From the NCBI GenBank assembly GCA_043812495.1, contig JBDRMG010000021.1, positions 1 through 58,945 of the forward strand: 58,945 nucleotides of DNA, given 5' to 3'. Below, piece after piece: positions 49,718 to 58,945 of the stretch. The stretch is from Candidatus Omnitrophota bacterium (GTDB taxonomy: Bacteria; Omnitrophota; Gorgyraeia; Zapsychrales; JBDRMG01). Each line of letters opens with the position of its first letter. The first letter of the stretch is position 1. The translations under genes were made by a program, and so were the position numbers. The notes beneath the pieces are model-generated. The model was not told the DNA's origin, made no database searches, and saw only the letters and a list, made by a program, of their open reading frames with translations.

Positions 49718-52363
49718 TTATATTCTCTCTTTGACTAAATGTTCAACCTTTTTGACGGCTTGAAGAATTTTTGACGGATCCTTGCTACCGGCCTGAGCCC
49801 ACTGCGGTCGACCGCCGCCGCTTCCGGCAATGATCGGCGCAACATCTTTGATCAATTCATTGGCTTTGATATTTTTCTTAATTAAATCATCCGTCACGGC
49901 AATCAGAATCATGGCATGATCGTCCGCGCGCGAACCCAAAGTGATGACAGAAGAATGCGCCTTTTGCTTGATAACATCCGCGATTTTTCTCAAAAGATCA
50001 ATGTCCAGATCACGAAAAACATGACTCACGATCTTTGTATTTTTAACTATCGGTGCCTGCATGAGAATCTCATCTAATGAAAGCTTGATGGAGTCAAACT
50101 GAAGCTGGCCCAGTTCCTTTTCAAGGTGCTTGATTCTCTTGAGCTGGTTTTGCGCGCGATCCGCTAATTCTTCCGGCGGAGCCTTAAGGATTTGTCCTAA
50201 TTGAGCAAGGCGTTCTTCGTTTTTTTTGACAAAGGCAAGGGCCTGATGACCCGTGATGGCTTCAATACGCCGTATGCCTTGAGCAATGGCACTTTCGCCC
50301 GTAATCTTAAAAGAACCGATTTGACCAACGGATGGAAGGTGAGTCCCTCCGCACAATTCTTTTGAAACATCACCGATAGACACAACATTCACCGTATCGC
50401 TGTATTTTTCCGCAAAAAAAGCCAAGGCGCCCTTTTCTTTGGCCTGTTCCAGAGACATCGATTCCTTATGGACGTCCTGACAAGACAAAATATTTTCGTT
50501 CACGCGTTGTTCAATTTTATCCAACTCTTCTTTTGTGACAGCCTTGGGATGCGTAAAATCAAGACGCAGTCGATTATCAGAGACTAAAGAACCCTGCTGC
50601 TTGACATGTGTTCCCAGGATTTTGCGCAAAGCCGATTGCAAAAGATGCGTTGCCGTATGATTGCGCATAATGGAAAGCCTACGCTCGCTGTCGATTTGCG
50701 TTTGCACGGTATCATGAACGCGAAATAATCCATCTGTCACAACGCCGATATGAATGAATCGGTCAGAGATTCTTTGGGTGTCCTCTACTTTCATGGTGGA
50801 GGCGTCTTTGGTGATGGCGCCCGTGTCACCGATCTGTCCACCGGACTCTGCATAAAACGGCGTTTGGTCAAGAATCATTTTGACTCGATCGCCCTTTTTG
50901 GCCTCACGCACGTCTTGATTGTCCCGGAAGATTTTCAAAATGCGTCCTGTTGCCTTGTGCTGTGTATAGCCAAAAAAGACCGTTTTAAGGACATTGAGAT
51001 CCAGATCAAGATCCGTAAAGACGTCTCCGGTCATTTTGCTTGCAGCGCGGGAACGGTTTTTTTGTTCCTCCATAAGGGTATCAAAAACTTTAAGGACCTC
51101 TTTCCATTTACCTTGGTTGACGCCGACGGTAAATGCGATGTCTCTAATGGTTGGAAGCGTCAGGCCGTAGGTGTCGCGAAAACGAAAAATTAATGAGCCT
51201 AATTCGCTGAGCTCATCCTCTTCGCTCATCGCTTGGTGCAAGATATCCTGAATACGCTTTTGCAATTCAGGAATCCGCTCTTTCCGGACACGGATATACG
51301 CCTCTTCTGTTTTCTTGATGATCTCGCTGATTTCCTTTTTCTTATCCATAAGTTCCGGGTAAGGTTCTTTCATGGTATCAGTAAGCGTATCCACAAGCTT
51401 GAAGATCACGGCGTCTTGATGTCCGCTGCTGGCCGCTAAGTCCGTGGCATCAATAATTAATCGCTTCATGACGTATCCACGGTTCTCATTGGACGGGATC
51501 ACGCCGTCGCAGATGCCAAAAACGATCGCCCTGATGTGATCCGCAATCAAAAGCTTTTGCGATTTTTCCAAGTTGCCTATTATTTTTTTATCAATGGCTA
51601 AGAGAATCGGCGCAAACAGGTCTGTTTCAAAATTATTTTTTTTGCCTTGAATGACGGCCACCAGGCGCTCTAAGCCCATCCCGGTATCAATATTCTTATT
51701 CGGTAAAGGTTCTAATATGCCATCGTCTTTGCGATTAAATTGCGTAAAGACAAGGTTCCAGACTTCAGAAAATCGGCCGCAATCACAGGCCGGCGAACAA
51801 TCCTTCTTACCGCAACCGGTTTGTACGCCATAATCAAAGAAGATTTCCGAGCAAGGCCCGCAGGGACCATTCGGTCCTTTGGTCTTGGCCTCAGCCGGCC
51901 AGAAATTACTTTGATCGCCTAAACGGATCAGTTTTTCTTTGGGGATCTTGATGTCCTTAAGCCAGATGTCCTCGGCTTCTCGGTCGTCTTCATAAACAGA
52001 AACACAAAGTTTGGCCTCAGGGATGCTGAGTTCTTTGGTCAGAAATTCCCAGGCCCAGGCAATAGCTTCTTTTTTAAAATAATCGCCGAAGGAAAAATTT
52101 CCCAGCATTTCAAAGAAGGTATGATGAAAAGGAGTTTTTCCGACCTTGCCCAGATCATCTGTGCGCAGGCACTTCTGTGAAGAAGCCGCGCGCGTAAAGC
52201 TCCCGATGTGCCCTAAAAACTGACGTTTAAACTGCTGCATCCCGGCCGTCGTAAAAAGCACAGTTGGGTCATCTTTGGGGACCAAAGTGTCGCTTGAGAT
52301 AATCGCATGGCCTTGTTTTGCAAAGAAATCCAGGAATTTTTTTCTGATGTCGTTGGCGGTCAT
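49718..52363 (-). CDS. alaS: Alanine--tRNA ligase
   Basis: AGMQQFK, HHTFFEMLGNFSFGDYFK, IDTGMGLER, HTATH, ELCGGTH and GGGRP motifs. Confidence 0.98.
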   Translation of the reverse strand: MTANDIRKKFLDFFAKQGHAIISSDTLVPKDDPTVLFTTAGMQQFKRQFLGHIGSFTRAASSQKCLRTDDLGKVGKTPFHHTFFEMLGNFSFGDYFKKEAIAWAWEFLTKELSIPEAKLCVSVYEDDREAEDIWLKDIKIPKEKLIRLGDQSNFWPAEAKTKGPNGPCGPCSEIFFDYGVQTGCGKKDCSPACDCGRFSEVWNLVFTQFNRKDDGILEPLPNKNIDTGMGLERLVAVIQGKKNNFETDLFAPILLAIDKKIIGNLEKSQKLLIADHIRAIVFGICDGVIPSNENRGYVMKRLIIDATDLAASSGHQDAVIFKLVDTLTDTMKEPYPELMDKKKEISEIIKKTEEAYIRVRKERIPELQKRIQDILHQAMSEEDELSELGSLIFRFRDTYGLTLPTIRDIAFTVGVNQGKWKEVLKVFDTLMEEQKNRSRAASKMTGDVFTDLDLDLNVLKTVFFGYTQHKATGRILKIFRDNQDVREAKKGDRVKMILDQTPFYAESGGQIGDTGAITKDASTMKVEDTQRISDRFIHIGVVTDGLFRVHDTVQTQIDSERRLSIMRNHTATHLLQSALRKILGTHVKQQGSLVSDNRLRLDFTHPKAVTKEELDKIEQRVNENILSCQDVHKESMSLEQAKEKGALAFFAEKYSDTVNVVSIGDVSKELCGGTHLPSVGQIGSFKITGESAIAQGIRRIEAITGHQALAFVKKNEERLAQLGQILKAPPEELADRAQNQLKRIKHLEKELGQLQFDSIKLSLDEILMQAPIVKNTKIVSHVFRDLDIDLLRKIADVIKQKAHSSVITLGSRADDHAMILIAVTDDLIKKNIKANELIKDVAPIIAGSGGGRPQWAQAGSKDPSKILQAVKKVEHLVKERI

Positions 52364-52830
52364 AATTGATCTAAAATTTCGGAGATAACCTCAGGCTCAA
52401 AGCCTCGATACGCCAAATACTCGTAGGTTCGTCGTTTCGCCTTCTCGACGGGAAGATGCCGATATTTCTGCAACCGTTGTTTGGCTAAAGACAGTACGTT
52501 GGTCTGCTCGCCGGAATCGATTTTGGCGTTCGCAAGTTCCTCTTGAATAATTTTTTGAGGAACACCTTTTTGCTCTAATTCAAAGAAAACGCGCTTGGCT
52601 CCAATAGGTTTAGAGAGGCGACCTTGAATCCACTCTTTGGTCAATTGTCGATCATCGATAAGATGCGTATCTTTCAAAAAGATCATTGTCTCTTCAATAG
52701 ATGTCTTTGAGAATTTCTTCAGTCTAAGTCTATCGCGGATTTCTTTTTCGCTTCTTGCTTGGAATTTGAGCAATCGAAGCGCTGCGTTTTTGGCCTGGGA
52801 AAGCTCATCTTTGCCTAAAGAAACTTTCAT
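52360..52830 (-). CDS. recX: Regulatory protein RecX
   Basis: A..LL...RSE.E...RL, IDD, EL..KG and YL..RGF motifs. Confidence 0.9.
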   Translation of the reverse strand: MKVSLGKDELSQAKNAALRLLKFQARSEKEIRDRLRLKKFSKTSIEETMIFLKDTHLIDDRQLTKEWIQGRLSKPIGAKRVFFELEQKGVPQKIIQEELANAKIDSGEQTNVLSLAKQRLQKYRHLPVEKAKRRTYEYLAYRGFEPEVISEILDQL

Positions 52831-54332
52831 GTCCCGTTGGATTTCACAACAATGTAACCCCTGTTAGTTCTTAAAAGACAATCGTCTTTGATGGTTTTCA
52901 CGGTTTCTTTAAAATCAGCTATGTTGTCAATGGACTTTTTGTTGACGGCCGTAATAATATCACCTTTTTGCAAGCCTGCATCATCCGCCGGGCTATCGTT
53001 TTCTACATCCGTGACCACAACACCTTTATTGTTATCAAGGCCAAGACGGTCCGCAAGCGACGAAGGAATGTCCTGAATGCTCAAGCCCCGCCATTTGCTT
53101 TCATCCTTGCTCTCTTGCGCGTCCTCTTCAAGAACGCGACCCGATTGATCAAAAGCCGGGCGTTTTCCAACAACAATAGGTAAATCGATTGTCTTTTTAT
53201 CTCGATAAATCTTCAGTGGAATCTTTTTTCCGGCAGGAATTGACCCCACGATATTCAGGAGATCAGAGACCTGCTTGGTATCTTGTCCATCCACCGAGAG
53301 AATAACATCCCCGTCTTTGAGGCCGGCTTTTTGGGCCGGTCCATCTTCCAAGATCCTACTGACCAGAACACCATCCGTGCTAGGTAAGCCAAAATATTCA
53401 GCCAGACGTTGGTCGAGATTTTGAACGCTGACGCCGATCCAGCCGTATTCAACTTTTTCACCCTTAATGAGATTTTCAATGATGCGGTTGGCCGTATCGA
53501 CGGGAATAGCAAATCCAACGCCTTGATAGCCGCCTGAAGTGGAGAAAATCGCGACATTGATACCAACCACCTCGCCGCGCAAATTGACAAGCGGTCCGCC
53601 CGAATTACCCGGATTGATTGCCGCATCTGTTTGAATAAGGTTTGTGTAATTTGTATCTCGTCGCGATGCTTGCGGCAATGACCGCTGAAGCGCGCTGATC
53701 ACGCCGGCTGTCACCGTTGGTTCCGGATTAGGCAAAAGTTGTCCAAAGGGATTGCCGATGGCAACAACCCATTGTCCTATTTTTAAATCTTTGGAACTTC
53801 CCAATCGAGCGATAGGTAAATCCGCTGCCTCGATTTTTACGATAGCCAGATCAGAACGAGGGTCCGTGCCTTGTAATGTTCCTTCAAATTCCCGGCCGTC
53901 CGCTAATGTAACAGAAATCTTGTCAGCTTCGCTGATCACATGTTCGTTGGTAAGAATATAACCTCGTCCGTCAATGAGGACGCCGGAACCAAGACCGCGG
54001 CGTTTCTTCTCATAATCCGGCATATTGCCAAAAAAATCTTCAAAGAATCGGTCAAATAAATCATCTTGAAAAGGGCTCCCAAAAAGTTGCCTTTTCATGC
54101 TATAGGTTTTAACGCTTTCTGTGCGGATAGAAACGACGGTCGGACCGACGACCTCAGCCACTTTCTCAATGGCCTCGGTAAAATTCTCGGCTTGTACCAA
54201 AGGAATCGTTGGGGAGACGGGATTTTCGGATTTGGCCACAGGATTTAAATCCAGCCGCGCTGAAATGATGAGGCCGACAATAATTCCGCAAAGTAAAATA
54301 GAGAAAGCAACAAATTTTCTGTTCTTATCCAT
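52827..54332 (-). CDS. degP: Do/DegP family serine endoprotease with two PDZ domains
   Basis: GSG, TNEHV, DLA and TDAAINPGNSGGPL motifs. Confidence 0.93.
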   Translation of the reverse strand: MDKNRKFVAFSILLCGIIVGLIISARLDLNPVAKSENPVSPTIPLVQAENFTEAIEKVAEVVGPTVVSIRTESVKTYSMKRQLFGSPFQDDLFDRFFEDFFGNMPDYEKKRRGLGSGVLIDGRGYILTNEHVISEADKISVTLADGREFEGTLQGTDPRSDLAIVKIEAADLPIARLGSSKDLKIGQWVVAIGNPFGQLLPNPEPTVTAGVISALQRSLPQASRRDTNYTNLIQTDAAINPGNSGGPLVNLRGEVVGINVAIFSTSGGYQGVGFAIPVDTANRIIENLIKGEKVEYGWIGVSVQNLDQRLAEYFGLPSTDGVLVSRILEDGPAQKAGLKDGDVILSVDGQDTKQVSDLLNIVGSIPAGKKIPLKIYRDKKTIDLPIVVGKRPAFDQSGRVLEEDAQESKDESKWRGLSIQDIPSSLADRLGLDNNKGVVVTDVENDSPADDAGLQKGDIITAVNKKSIDNIADFKETVKTIKDDCLLRTNRGYIVVKSNGT

Positions 54333-54347
54333 GACTCTTCCCTCCTA

Positions 54348-55364
54348 CTATTTTTTTTCGCGAATCGACTTCTCGATTTTGCTGAATATTTTCGGATTTT
54401 CTTTGAGAAAGCTGCGTGCGCTTTCGCGTCCCTGGCCGATTTTCTCGTTTTCAAAGGATAGCCACGCGCCTGATTTCTGGATGATGTCAAACTGGATACC
54501 AAGATCCAGGATATCACTGATTCTCGAAATTCCTTCGTTAAAGTGAATCTCGAATTCCCCGATACGAAACGGCGGAGCAACCTTGTTTTTGACAACTTTC
54601 GCCCGCACGCGACTTCCGATAATCACATCTCCGCTTTTGATCGATTCGATTCTGCGCAGATCAATACGCACAGACGCGTAAAATTTAAGAGCCCGGCCTC
54701 CTGTTGTGGTTTCCGGAGAGCCGAACATGACGCCGATTTTCATGCGGATCTGATTGATAAAAATGACACATGTTTTGGATTTACTTATGGCGGCCGTGAG
54801 TTTGCGCAAGGCCTGTGACATCAGACGCGCTTGCAGGCCCATATGTGAATCGCCCATCTCTCCTTCAATTTCGGCTCTTGGCGTTAAGGCGGCAACCGAG
54901 TCAATGACGACCAGGTCGACGGCATTGGAACGGACAAGTGTTTCTGTGATTTCCAAGGCCTGTTCGCCCGTATCCGGCTGCGAAATAAATAAATCGTTCA
55001 AGTTGACGCCAACTGTTTTTGCATACAACGAATCAAACGCATGCTCGGCGTCAATAAAGGCCGCTACGCCCCCCATCTTTTGAATCTCTTTGATAATGCT
55101 GAGCGTCAATGTTGTTTTCCCCGAAGATTCCGGTCCATAAATTTCAATCACCCGTCCACGAGGCACGCCTCCGATTCCCAGGGCTATATCCAATGACAAA
55201 GATCCTGTCGGAATGGCAGGGATATCTAAGTTAATATCACTGTTAAGCTTCATAATCGAGCCCTTACCGAATTGTTTCTCGATTTGCGCTAGGGCTAAAT
55301 CCAGGGCCTTTTGACGGCTGGATATGTCTTTGGGTGGTTCTTGGGATTTCTTTTGATTGGCCAT
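54348..55364 (-). CDS. recA: Recombinase A
   Basis: [14 protein letters not shown] and [10 protein letters not shown] motifs. Confidence 0.99.
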   Translation of the reverse strand: MANQKKSQEPPKDISSRQKALDLALAQIEKQFGKGSIMKLNSDINLDIPAIPTGSLSLDIALGIGGVPRGRVIEIYGPESSGKTTLTLSIIKEIQKMGGVAAFIDAEHAFDSLYAKTVGVNLNDLFISQPDTGEQALEITETLVRSNAVDLVVIDSVAALTPRAEIEGEMGDSHMGLQARLMSQALRKLTAAISKSKTCVIFINQIRMKIGVMFGSPETTTGGRALKFYASVRIDLRRIESIKSGDVIIGSRVRAKVVKNKVAPPFRIGEFEIHFNEGISRISDILDLGIQFDIIQKSGAWLSFENEKIGQGRESARSFLKENPKIFSKIEKSIREKK

Positions 55365-55378
55365 ATTTGCCTCCCTTA

Positions 55379-55459
55379 TGTTGAAGTTGATAGGGCTTTA
55401 CAAAAAGCGTTTCGCCCTCAGCCCTGAATAAATTTTGTGAAGGGCTGTTGAAGTTGATA
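55379..55459. repeat. 53-bp palindromic insert between 14-bp direct repeats in the recA leader
   Basis: TGTTGAAGTTGATA at 55379-55392 and 55446-55459. Confidence 0.75.
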
Positions 55460-55469
55460 ACAGGTGAGA

Positions 55470-55498
55470 ATTATACTAAAGGACACATCTATTGTCAA
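55470..55498 (-). promoter_or_regulatory. Consensus sigma70 promoter of recA
   Basis: TTGACA-N17-TATAAT. Confidence 0.85.
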
Positions 55499-55609
55499 TG
55501 ATTTTAAAACCGTGTTTGGCTAATAAATGATTACGCAGGAATAAGTTAGAGTATATGCCGTGGCCGGGAAAGGTGACCTCTTATTTATTAGTACTAATAT
55601 TATTTAGAA

Positions 55610-57403
55610 TTACTTGGTTTTACAATTGCGGATCAGGTACGTTATCTGATTTTCTAAAAGAGGCTTTAATTCAATGAGCTTTTGATACTGAGATTCAGCT
55701 TTTGCGCAATCACCTCGCAGGGAATAAATGCCGGCTAAGCGATATAAGGCATCAGGGCTGGATGATTGAAGACGCAGAACAGATTGATAGGCTTGAAGGG
55801 ATAAATCATATTGCTTGATCATTTCATAAGCAAAGGCCAAATTATAAAGCGTGTTCGTATCCAAAGGATAAATGCGCAGGGCTTCGTGGTAAGTCAAAAT
55901 GGCTTCCTTGTATTTGTCTTGCGCAACGTAGCAATTTCCGAGATTATACAACGAGTTGGCGTCGCGGGGATTCAACTTCAAAGCTTTTTGATACTGCTTT
56001 TGCGCCTGCTGAAATTCATTTCTTTCCATGTGAATGGGGCCGGAATTGGAAGCCGTCAGAAAGTCTATCGTGGAGGCAGATACCTTTGTTGGCTTAAGAA
56101 CATAAATCAGCCATAGTGTCGCCATCACAACAAACAAAGCTTTTGCGAAAGCTTTTTCTCTGAATTGATCAAAGATCCAGAACAAGGCGAAGCATTCGAA
56201 CATCATCAAAAAAGGCAAAATTGTCACACGATGCCGATGAATCACAAAGAATAAAAGAGAAAAAGCAAGCTGGCTGAAGATCAAAAGATCAAGCCACCTT
56301 GATTTCTTCTTCCGACGGTAAGAAAAAATCATCCCCACAAGTGCAAGCGGTAAAATCACTCTGTAGCGATTGATCTCAAGTTTTTCTTGCCATTGATTCT
56401 GCAGCAATAAATCAATGTCGTAAGTCCATTGGTTCTCTGTCAGAAACATGTTTAGCTTATCCTTCAAGAGGAAAACAAATTGCTTGGGATGTTGTCGAAT
56501 GAAATCCAATGCTTTTTGACGCCAGAAGTCCGAGACCTCAGAAGGCAAAAGCCTGTGGCCGAGGCTTTCTTCGGCAATGATGGTCGAATCATTGGCGTGT
56601 CCTTCATGAGAAGGGCGTAAAAAAGCAGGATTACTGAAAGTGCCTGTGGACTGAGGGTGATTGCCCAGATAAAAATTGATTCCGCTATGAGCGCTGATAA
56701 AAACAAAATCTCGGCTAACAAGGAAATTTCGCAGAGTCACTATGGATAATATAATAAAAACGCCTACAAAAAGAGGTGTGAAAATTTTGACAACAAATCT
56801 TTGAAAGTTAAAACGATACTGAAAAAAGAGATGCCCAAGCATCAGCATAAAGAAGACCAGAAACTTTCCGTCCCCAAGGATAATAAGACCGATGAGCAAG
56901 CCTAAGATAAACCACTCTCTTGTTTTTGATTTCTCATCAAGGGTCAAGAGGGAGTAAATGATAATGCAGCTAAACGTTATCAAAAGTGTTGCGGGCATCG
57001 TCAGCCAGTCATAATAAATGAGCGTAAAATTGCCGGCCATCAAGAGGGATGAGACAAGAGCAACCTTTTTCGAAAATATTTTCTTGGCAATGAAATAGGC
57101 CGCGCAACAATTGACGGAGCCCAACACAAGATGTAAAAAACGAATGATTTCCCAGTGACCGAGCGTCAGGCGATCAAGAAGGGCAAGAGCATAAGGATAA
57201 AGCGGCATCCCAAAGAAAACAGTTGAGCCCAGTCCATTATGTCGCGAAATCTCTTTGGCCCAGTTTTGGTAAAACAAGACATCCGTGCCGGGATGGTCGT
57301 AAAAAAAGTAATTTTGGCGAAGGAAAAGCGTATAAAGAATACGCAGCGTCAGAGCAAAAATGAAAATGCAAATGACAAATTTCCGCTCTTTGGAGTCTGT
57401 CAT
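55610..57403 (-). CDS. ArnT/PMT-like (GT-C) membrane glycosyltransferase with C-terminal TPRs
   Basis: D..FY..WA, PLYPY and GINFYLGN motifs, multiple TMs, and TPRs (ALKLNP..A..YNLG). Confidence 0.8.
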   Translation of the reverse strand: MTDSKERKFVICIFIFALTLRILYTLFLRQNYFFYDHPGTDVLFYQNWAKEISRHNGLGSTVFFGMPLYPYALALLDRLTLGHWEIIRFLHLVLGSVNCCAAYFIAKKIFSKKVALVSSLLMAGNFTLIYYDWLTMPATLLITFSCIIIYSLLTLDEKSKTREWFILGLLIGLIILGDGKFLVFFMLMLGHLFFQYRFNFQRFVVKIFTPLFVGVFIILSIVTLRNFLVSRDFVFISAHSGINFYLGNHPQSTGTFSNPAFLRPSHEGHANDSTIIAEESLGHRLLPSEVSDFWRQKALDFIRQHPKQFVFLLKDKLNMFLTENQWTYDIDLLLQNQWQEKLEINRYRVILPLALVGMIFSYRRKKKSRWLDLLIFSQLAFSLLFFVIHRHRVTILPFLMMFECFALFWIFDQFREKAFAKALFVVMATLWLIYVLKPTKVSASTIDFLTASNSGPIHMERNEFQQAQKQYQKALKLNPRDANSLYNLGNCYVAQDKYKEAILTYHEALRIYPLDTNTLYNLAFAYEMIKQYDLSLQAYQSVLRLQSSSPDALYRLAGIYSLRGDCAKAESQYQKLIELKPLLENQITYLIRNCKTK

Positions 57404-58137
57404 GAAAGAAGGGAAAATTGGGCGAAGGCGACGACGCAGATAGCGGCGGTATCGACTTTCAAAGTGGTTGGGCCCAGGGAGATCGGCAGGCATCCCTTTT
57501 GAATCGCCAGAGAAACCTCTTCTTTGGTAAAATCGCCTTCCGGCCCAATGAAGAAAATAATTTGTCCGCTTGTGTTTGCGATGTGATTGCGGATGTGAGC
57601 AATCGATTTGCGCGTCTGAGTTAAGCAGGGGATAAAGCTTGCGTCTTTCGGTGTGATAAGATTCAGGGCATCTTTAAAAAGCGTAATGGGGCGAATCACA
57701 GGGACAGTTTTTCGCTGGGATTGCTTGGCAGCATTCAAGGCGACTGTTTGATAGCGCTTGAGCTTTTGTTGGGCCCGTTCTCCTTTTAAAGTGACCTCTG
57801 TGCGTTTTGTTTCAAGAGGGATAATTTCGCTGACGCCAAGCTCTGTGCACTTTTCAATAATTGTCTCAAATTTTGCTTTCTTGGGAAGCGCGCAGGCTAG
57901 GATAATCGGCGTTGTGCGCGTTTTGGATTCAGTAAATTTCTTGACGTCGAGCGTAATGCAGGTATTTTCGACTTTTAAGATTTCACATTCGGCCTCTTGC
58001 CCTTTTCCGTCAAAGACCATGACGGAATGGCCTTTGGAAAGACGCAAGACATCTTTGATGTGATGAATTTCGCTCGGATCCGTAATGCGGATACTTTGAG
58101 AGCGTTTATCAAAATTTTTTGCAAAAAATCGATGCAT
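57400..58137 (-). CDS. rsmE: 16S rRNA m3U1498 methyltransferase
   Basis: MHRFF, HH..VLR, EK.TELGV, AA.QS.R, IGPEG and SLG...L..DTA motifs. Confidence 0.94.
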   Translation of the reverse strand: MHRFFAKNFDKRSQSIRITDPSEIHHIKDVLRLSKGHSVMVFDGKGQEAECEILKVENTCITLDVKKFTESKTRTTPIILACALPKKAKFETIIEKCTELGVSEIIPLETKRTEVTLKGERAQQKLKRYQTVALNAAKQSQRKTVPVIRPITLFKDALNLITPKDASFIPCLTQTRKSIAHIRNHIANTSGQIIFFIGPEGDFTKEEVSLAIQKGCLPISLGPTTLKVDTAAICVVAFAQFSLLS

Positions 58138-58241
58138 AACCAAATCCTTTCCGGCTCTTCTCAATATATTAATTGTGGAAGCCGGAATGCCGACCTCCAC
58201 AACAAAAACGAGAAAAGTCGGCGCTGATTGCGAACAAATAA

Positions 58242-58314
58242 TGGATCGGAGGAGGATCGAACTCCCAACCTCTTGATTGCGAACCAAGCGCTCTCCCAGT
58301 TGAGCTACCGACCC
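58242..58314 (-). tRNA. tRNA-Ala (CGC)
   Basis: GGGTCGGTAGCTCAACTGGGAGAGCGCTTGGTTCGCAATCAAGAGGTTGGGAGTTCGATCCTCCTCCGATCCA; G3:U70 pair. Confidence 0.95.
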
Positions 58315-58326
58315 TATGATTTACCC

Positions 58327-58355
58327 ATGATAACAAAAGACCTAAGCATTGGCAA
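58327..58355 (-). promoter_or_regulatory. Sigma70 promoter of tRNA-Ala
   Basis: TTGCCA-N17-TATCAT with a TGn extension. Confidence 0.65.
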
Positions 58356-58405
58356 GAAAATCGTTGCCTTTTGGAATTGAGGAAGGAATTTTTCGAAGGG
58401 TGATG

Positions 58406-58800
58406 CTATCGGATACCTGAATATACGCCGCCACCACTTCTGCGGCCGTCCTGATCGATCATAATGGTGGAAAAACCATCTCCTCCGTCTTGCGTATTTC
58501 GCGTGGCTAGGACATTAAACGCACTTGCCGTAGCGATCAAATTATAATTAAAATGCGAATAGGATGATGAATTTGGATTATCAATATCAAGCCTATCCAG
58601 CGTCATATTAACGTAATCACTTTTTGGAAGATAATAACGATAGGCCGCATGACGAATGGCTCCGAGGCGCATATACACTTCGAGCCCTAAGGCACATTCA
58701 ATGACTTTTGTGTATTTTGGCAAAACAACACCGATAAGAATACTGACAATAATGGTAACAATAGTGATTTCGATGAGCGCAAAACCTTTAATTTGCTCAC
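58406..58800 (-). pseudogene. Type IV pilin-like gene with frameshifted leader
   Basis: KG|FALIEITIVTIIVSILIGVVLPKY lies in frame upstream of the called ORF but has no in-frame ATG/GTG/TTG; GTG at 58800 is one base out of frame. Confidence 0.65.
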
Positions 58801-58945
58801 AATTACTACAGTACTTTGTTAAAAAATATTTTAAAATAATTTTTTTACGTTTATTTTGAAAAACTGTCTTTACGTAAAATTTGCGGAATCATAACTTACG
58901 TCATTTCAATGCGTTGCGTCAAATTTTCTTCATTTCCCCTTGATT

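Noticed and set aside
55482-55496. LexA box in the recA promoter (GACA-N7-TGTC)
   Set aside because: Only 4-bp arms, one of which is the -35 element; not a motif I can match.
58138-58287. N-terminal extension of RsmE
   Set aside because: Runs through tRNA-Ala; MHRFF is the family-typical start.
960-58859. Numerous short antisense or alternate-frame ORFs in the track (e.g. 1183-1767, 35764-36276, 48232-48810)
   Set aside because: They lie within well-supported genes and show no recognisable motifs.

Overview
Bacterial chromosomal window in which almost every gene is on the minus strand. Gene style suggests a diderm of the PVC/Candidatus Omnitrophota type (inference only). From left to right: a partial IS701-family element; a PPi-type phosphofructokinase; an 11-gene surface-glycan cluster; a cobalamin uptake unit (DUF6580/BtuM-like gene, mid-operon B12 riboswitch, TonB receptor); tilS-ftsH-folP-cdaA-(35-aa mini-cdaR)-pdxJ-acpS-nnrD; a tRNA-Met flanked by tRNA fragments interrupted by palindromes; gatCAB-ctpA-yibQ-tsaD-mgtC ending in a bactofilin-HTH fusion and a membrane-anchored HTH partner; mfd-surA-pdxA-rsmA; recA-degP-recX-alaS-hisDBHAFI-trpE-rpsP-yajC-secDF; rsmE, tRNA-Ala(CGC) and a frameshifted pilin. 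The best candidate for an undescribed system is the bactofilin-HTH / HTH-TM pair (25647-26463), a possible filament-membrane(-DNA) tether. Next is a family of small palindromic elements that sit at the same T-loop position in tRNA fragments and in the riboswitch, and that lie between short direct repeats elsewhere. A minimal Mfd lacking its autoinhibitory domain also stands out. All calls come from reading the sequence; no searches were run.
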